Assembly (NCBI RefSeq): GCF_006345805.1
Contig: NW_021827761.1
Span: forward strand, 1 to 10,108
Length of the DNA stretch: 10,108 bases
Direction of reading: 5' to 3'
Source of the DNA: Octopus sinensis
Lineage: Eukaryota
Positions 7,157-10,108 of this stretch are shown in pieces; positions within the stretch are counted from its first letter, which is position 1; each line of letters starts with the position of its first letter. Both the position numbers and the translations under genes were made by a program. The notes under the pieces were generated by a model that was given only the letters and a program-made list of their open reading frames with translations, had not been told where the DNA came from and searched no databases.

Positions 7157-7270
7157 TTTAAAAATGAATCAAAAATAGAAATGGACTGGCTATTGCAACG
7201 GTTCTCGAACGCCGTTATCCGGGGGAACAGTTTGGCGATTCGCCAGGCCTCTAGCCTTCCCTTTGATTAA
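7157..7270 (+). mobile_element. Second CRE-type non-LTR retrotransposon 3' coding fragment
   Basis: Reads FKNESKIEMDWLLQRFSNAVIRGNSLAIRQASSLPFD*, the same QRxSxAxxRGN terminal motif as 3324-3428 but a divergent family. It forms a GC-rich island in AT-rich DNA. Confidence 0.65.
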
Positions 7271-7701
7271 TCGATATTAATTGATAGACAACTGATATAA
7301 TGTTAAGTTAAAAAAATTGATATTAACTTTAAATTTTATAATTTACCAATTAACAACTTCGAAGTATTTTTTGTGACCGGTTTTTGAGCGGACCAGGTGC
7401 CTATATTAAAATTCAAAATGGATAAACTAATTTATTTGGTTTAATGGATAAACTAAAATAAAAATTTGTTTTATTTTTTATTTTTTTGCAGAAAATTAAA
7501 AAAATCAAAGAGTTTAGGGGAGGCATTTATTCAAAAAAACATTTGCTCACTCAGATTTTTTTGTATAGAACGATAAAATCAGAAACAGCTAAAGAAATTA
7601 TTTAAACATTGACTAATTTATTGTATAAAACTAATATGCTCAACATAAAGAAATACTGCAGATTTTGTGTTACTATTTAATAAACAATTACTATTTAACT
7701 T

Positions 7702-7917
7702 TTATATTTCAAGTAAAAAACTTCCGCTATACCGTCTTTTTGTTATACTGGCAATGATTTTGACTTTTTCGGAAAGATTTTCGTACTCACCCAAAGAAAG
7801 AGTTTGCCGCGCATCGCAGCGAAATTGTTTTGGTTGGGGATGCACATTGATCAATATCCCATATGCTCCAACAAAAACCGCTGCTTTTGAAAGTGCTGGA
7901 ATAATATCTTCATTTCT
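7702..7917 (-). pseudogene. C-terminal fragment of a class I-beta DAHP synthase (3-deoxy-7-phosphoheptulonate synthase; KDO8P-synthase fold family)
   Basis: The stop-free minus frame reads RNEDIIPALSKAAVFVGAYGILINVHPQPKQFRCDARQTLSLGEYENLSEKVKIIAS...* and matches the I-beta terminal motif (..AA.A.GADG++IEVHP.P..A.SD..Q.L...EF..L). The metal-ligand E of IEVHP is replaced by N. The N-terminal ~200 aa are absent. Confidence 0.8.
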
Positions 7918-8850
7918 CTAATTTTGGGTCTTCTTTATTGAGGATTGCATCCGTAAAGGTCCTCGCTTTTCTAAAATGAGACGTCCTTCTACTGACTCAA
8001 CATGGGAAATTTAAGGCAGCTGTTTCCGTAGTCAATAGGTGAACACATTGAATTATGCTGAACTTCTACAATTGGCTGAACTTCTACAATAATTGTCTCA
8101 TCTTTGAGCAATTCACGTAAACTCCGAATTGTGATTCCATATTGGAATCCTTTAAGAGGAGGAACAATGATGCGATCGCAATAACTGAGGAGAATATTGG
8201 CAGCGCTTGCTTCAACGATCTGTCCTTCCAGATTGGTCATAAAAACTTCATCAAATTTTGACTGAATGGTATTTTTTGTCACCAAAGCCGACTTTAAGTA
8301 ACAGCCTCCAGTTTTTGTTGTAATAGCGTCCTTCGCAATCTTCTTCCATGGTGAGATCTTTATTAAGTCCTTTTTCCTGGTCCAAAAGAGGTGAACAAGC
8401 CACCATGTAAATTTATAGATGGAATGTTAATTTGTTATAGTTGAGTTGTAACATTGGAAAAACAAACTAGCAGATGTAGAAATCACCTGTTCGTTGATTC
8501 CGAATAATCAAATCTTGTAGTTTCTTTTTTGAAATCTTTGAAAAAATTTTCAAAATTCCAACTCATGATCTGTAATAAAACGCATGAGCCTTTAATATGG
8601 TCTTTTAAGCAAAAGATACATCATCTCGAATATGGCCACGTAATCCTGCGTAAAAGTAAGTTTAAAATAAAACGTAAAACGTTTGATAAATGAATCCAAA
8701 CAAAATTAACGAAACCAAAAGAGATAGTTAAATGGTTAAATGTGTTTAGTTAAATGGGAAAAGTAACCCCATCACCTTAAAAAGGCCTGCTTTTTAATTT
8801 AAAATCTTTGTTATTAAGTTTATACTCTTTCTTCAAGTAATCGAATTACG
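7910..8850 (-). pseudogene. ilvE: Prokaryote-type branched-chain amino acid aminotransferase (class IV PLP-dependent) pseudogene
   Basis: Across stops and frameshifts the order is LN*KAGLF(E)G|LRG ... DHIK(R)LM ... IIRNQRTGDFYI ... KISPWKKIAKDAITTKTGGCYLKSALV (catalytic K) ... DEVFMTNLEGQIVEASAANIL ... VPPLKGFQYGIT ... TETAA ... VESVEG ... RGP ... FTDAILNKEDPKLEK*. This is colinear with E. coli-type IlvE. Confidence 0.88.
8646..8775 (-). other. Putative 130-nt GT-AG spliceosomal intron in the ilvE pseudogene
   Basis: On the minus strand, G|GTGATG...CTTACTTTTACGCAG|GA TTA CGT splits the Gly codon of the conserved FEG(I/L)R motif. It has a pyrimidine-rich 3' end, and removing it restores colinearity. 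Confidence 0.6.
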
Positions 8851-8852
8851 TA

Positions 8853-8878
8853 CAGTAGACTGTCGACAAATTGATAGC
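8853..8878. mobile_element. Orphan Tc1/mariner (pogo-like) TIR that truncates the 5' end of ilvE
   Basis: TA (8851-8852) is followed by CAGTAGACTGTCGACAAATTGATA, which resembles CAGT-starting pogo TIRs. IlvE similarity stops at this point. No partner TIR was found in the window. Confidence 0.5.
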
Positions 8879-9115
8879 CAGGCCGCCTTTAATCACCTCA
8901 ATTGTTTAAATCCCAATTCTTTTATTTTGCATCACCAGTGTCAAACCTGTTTTCTACTTTGAGCGCATCCAAATTTTTCTTGAAGAATTTTGATACAATT
9001 GTGTCATGGTGTATCTCCACGGACAGCTTATTGTTGAGGCAATTCCTAAAATAAACATAGAATATCTATTGACTGTTCCTGTAAAAATGATTTGGGTTTT
9101 TGAGTCATTGGGAGA

Positions 9116-9900
9116 AATATCTATTCAAAATACTTTCTTAACTTACGATTGAAAAATGATCAGAGACATCCAAAACCAAATTTCGCCAAAAATGACTTTA
9201 CTGCGAAGCAATTGTCTATGATAAATCAACAAACCAAAAAATACCCAGAATTTATGTCTGGATTTATCAGAGACCCGTCCGATGTCACGCCATCTGAACT
9301 ATATACTCAATTAAATGTGTTATAACCAATAATTCAAAAACACGATAATAAAACTCGGTCAATACACACTACGAAACCGTATTATGTGCGTAGTGAGTGA
9401 ACATTTTGTCATAAAGTGCACCAAAAGAGTTATAAGGCTTATTCAAAGATTTATCAATTTTTATCTAACAAAGAACAGTGAAAAAAATCCGTTAAAACAT
9501 TTATCGGAATGCATCGATCTCATATCTTAAGTCGTTTTACTTAAAATATAAAAGTGAAAAAAACCGTTAGGAGGAACCACTGAAAGTAATCTTAGAAATA
9601 TGAAGAAAATTGCTTGACAAACACGCACCTACGAGAAACCATTGTTGCTATAAAGATTAGCACGACTCTTTGTTTGAATTTCATAAAATAGAGAATAACT
9701 GGAAATAGTACCATTGGGCAGTTTACACAATAACGCAAGTAAACATGATTAACGGACGAGTCATAAATGACGTTAAAATCAGCCAGAAATTTTTGTAAAT
9801 AGCTATTTAATATGCAAATTTCAACACATTGAAGAGGCATTTGATTAGTTCTGGAAGTACTAATTTAAGATTTCTAAACTTTGTCAAATCATTGGAATGA
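9116..9900 (+). pseudogene. Possible heavily decayed long ORF (perhaps a MULE-like transposase)
   Basis: Long stretches stay in one frame with sparse stops. The segment NFNTLKRHLISSGSTNLRFLNFVKSL loosely recalls the MULE 'LK..L....N.R...+V..L' region. The identification is weak. Confidence 0.2.
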
Positions 9901-10108
9901 CGATAGTCCAAACAATATTGACAATAAGACTACACTAGGTGCAATAAAAACCGTTTTTTTTAATACGGCATATTTTGCAAAGATAACCGTGATTTTTCTT
10001 TGTCGATATGGAAAGGGATCATTAAATTACCCCCAAATCAATTTTGTTATATTTTTTTTGTATTGTGTTATATGTCTAAATTAAAAATTTTAATTACACG
10101 AGCGCAAT

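Noticed and set aside
7417-7456. 14-bp direct repeat AATGGATAAACTAA (7417-7430, 7443-7456)
   Set aside because: Two copies in AT-rich DNA fit a local duplication; this is not a CRISPR array and has no evident function.
7909-7913. ATGA stop/start overlap at the ilvE/DAHP junction suggesting bacterial translational coupling
   Set aside because: That ATG opens a third frame (MKILFQHF...), not the DAHP synthase frame, and the TGA is probably a mutated Trp codon.

Overview
AT-rich eukaryotic genomic DNA using the standard code, with 24-41 nt spliceosomal mini-introns. This suggests a reduced parasite such as a myxozoan, dicyemid or similar protist, but the taxon is only an inference. One gene looks functional: phosphoacetylglucosamine mutase PGM3/AGM1 (5187-6874, +, three mini-introns). 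It carries an unexplained 1-nt frameshift exactly on a T_TTT_TTA slippery heptamer. The gene sits among decayed transposons: two TA-flanked pogo/Tigger elements (598-2440, 3254-5100), each with nested insertions (TSD-flanked retroposon 3' ends, a CRE-type tail, a hAT/Charlie terminus fused in frame into the transposase), plus a LINE reverse-transcriptase remnant, a tRNA-Pro pseudogene followed by a second CRE-type tail, and an orphan TIR. The most notable item is not shown by the ORF track: a minus-strand fossil of a prokaryote-type branched-chain aminotransferase (ilvE), apparently with an acquired GT-AG intron, joined directly to the C-terminus of a class I-beta DAHP synthase. This looks like a decayed, horizontally acquired amino-acid-biosynthesis locus. 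All protein identifications come from manual translation and motif recognition; no database searches were run.
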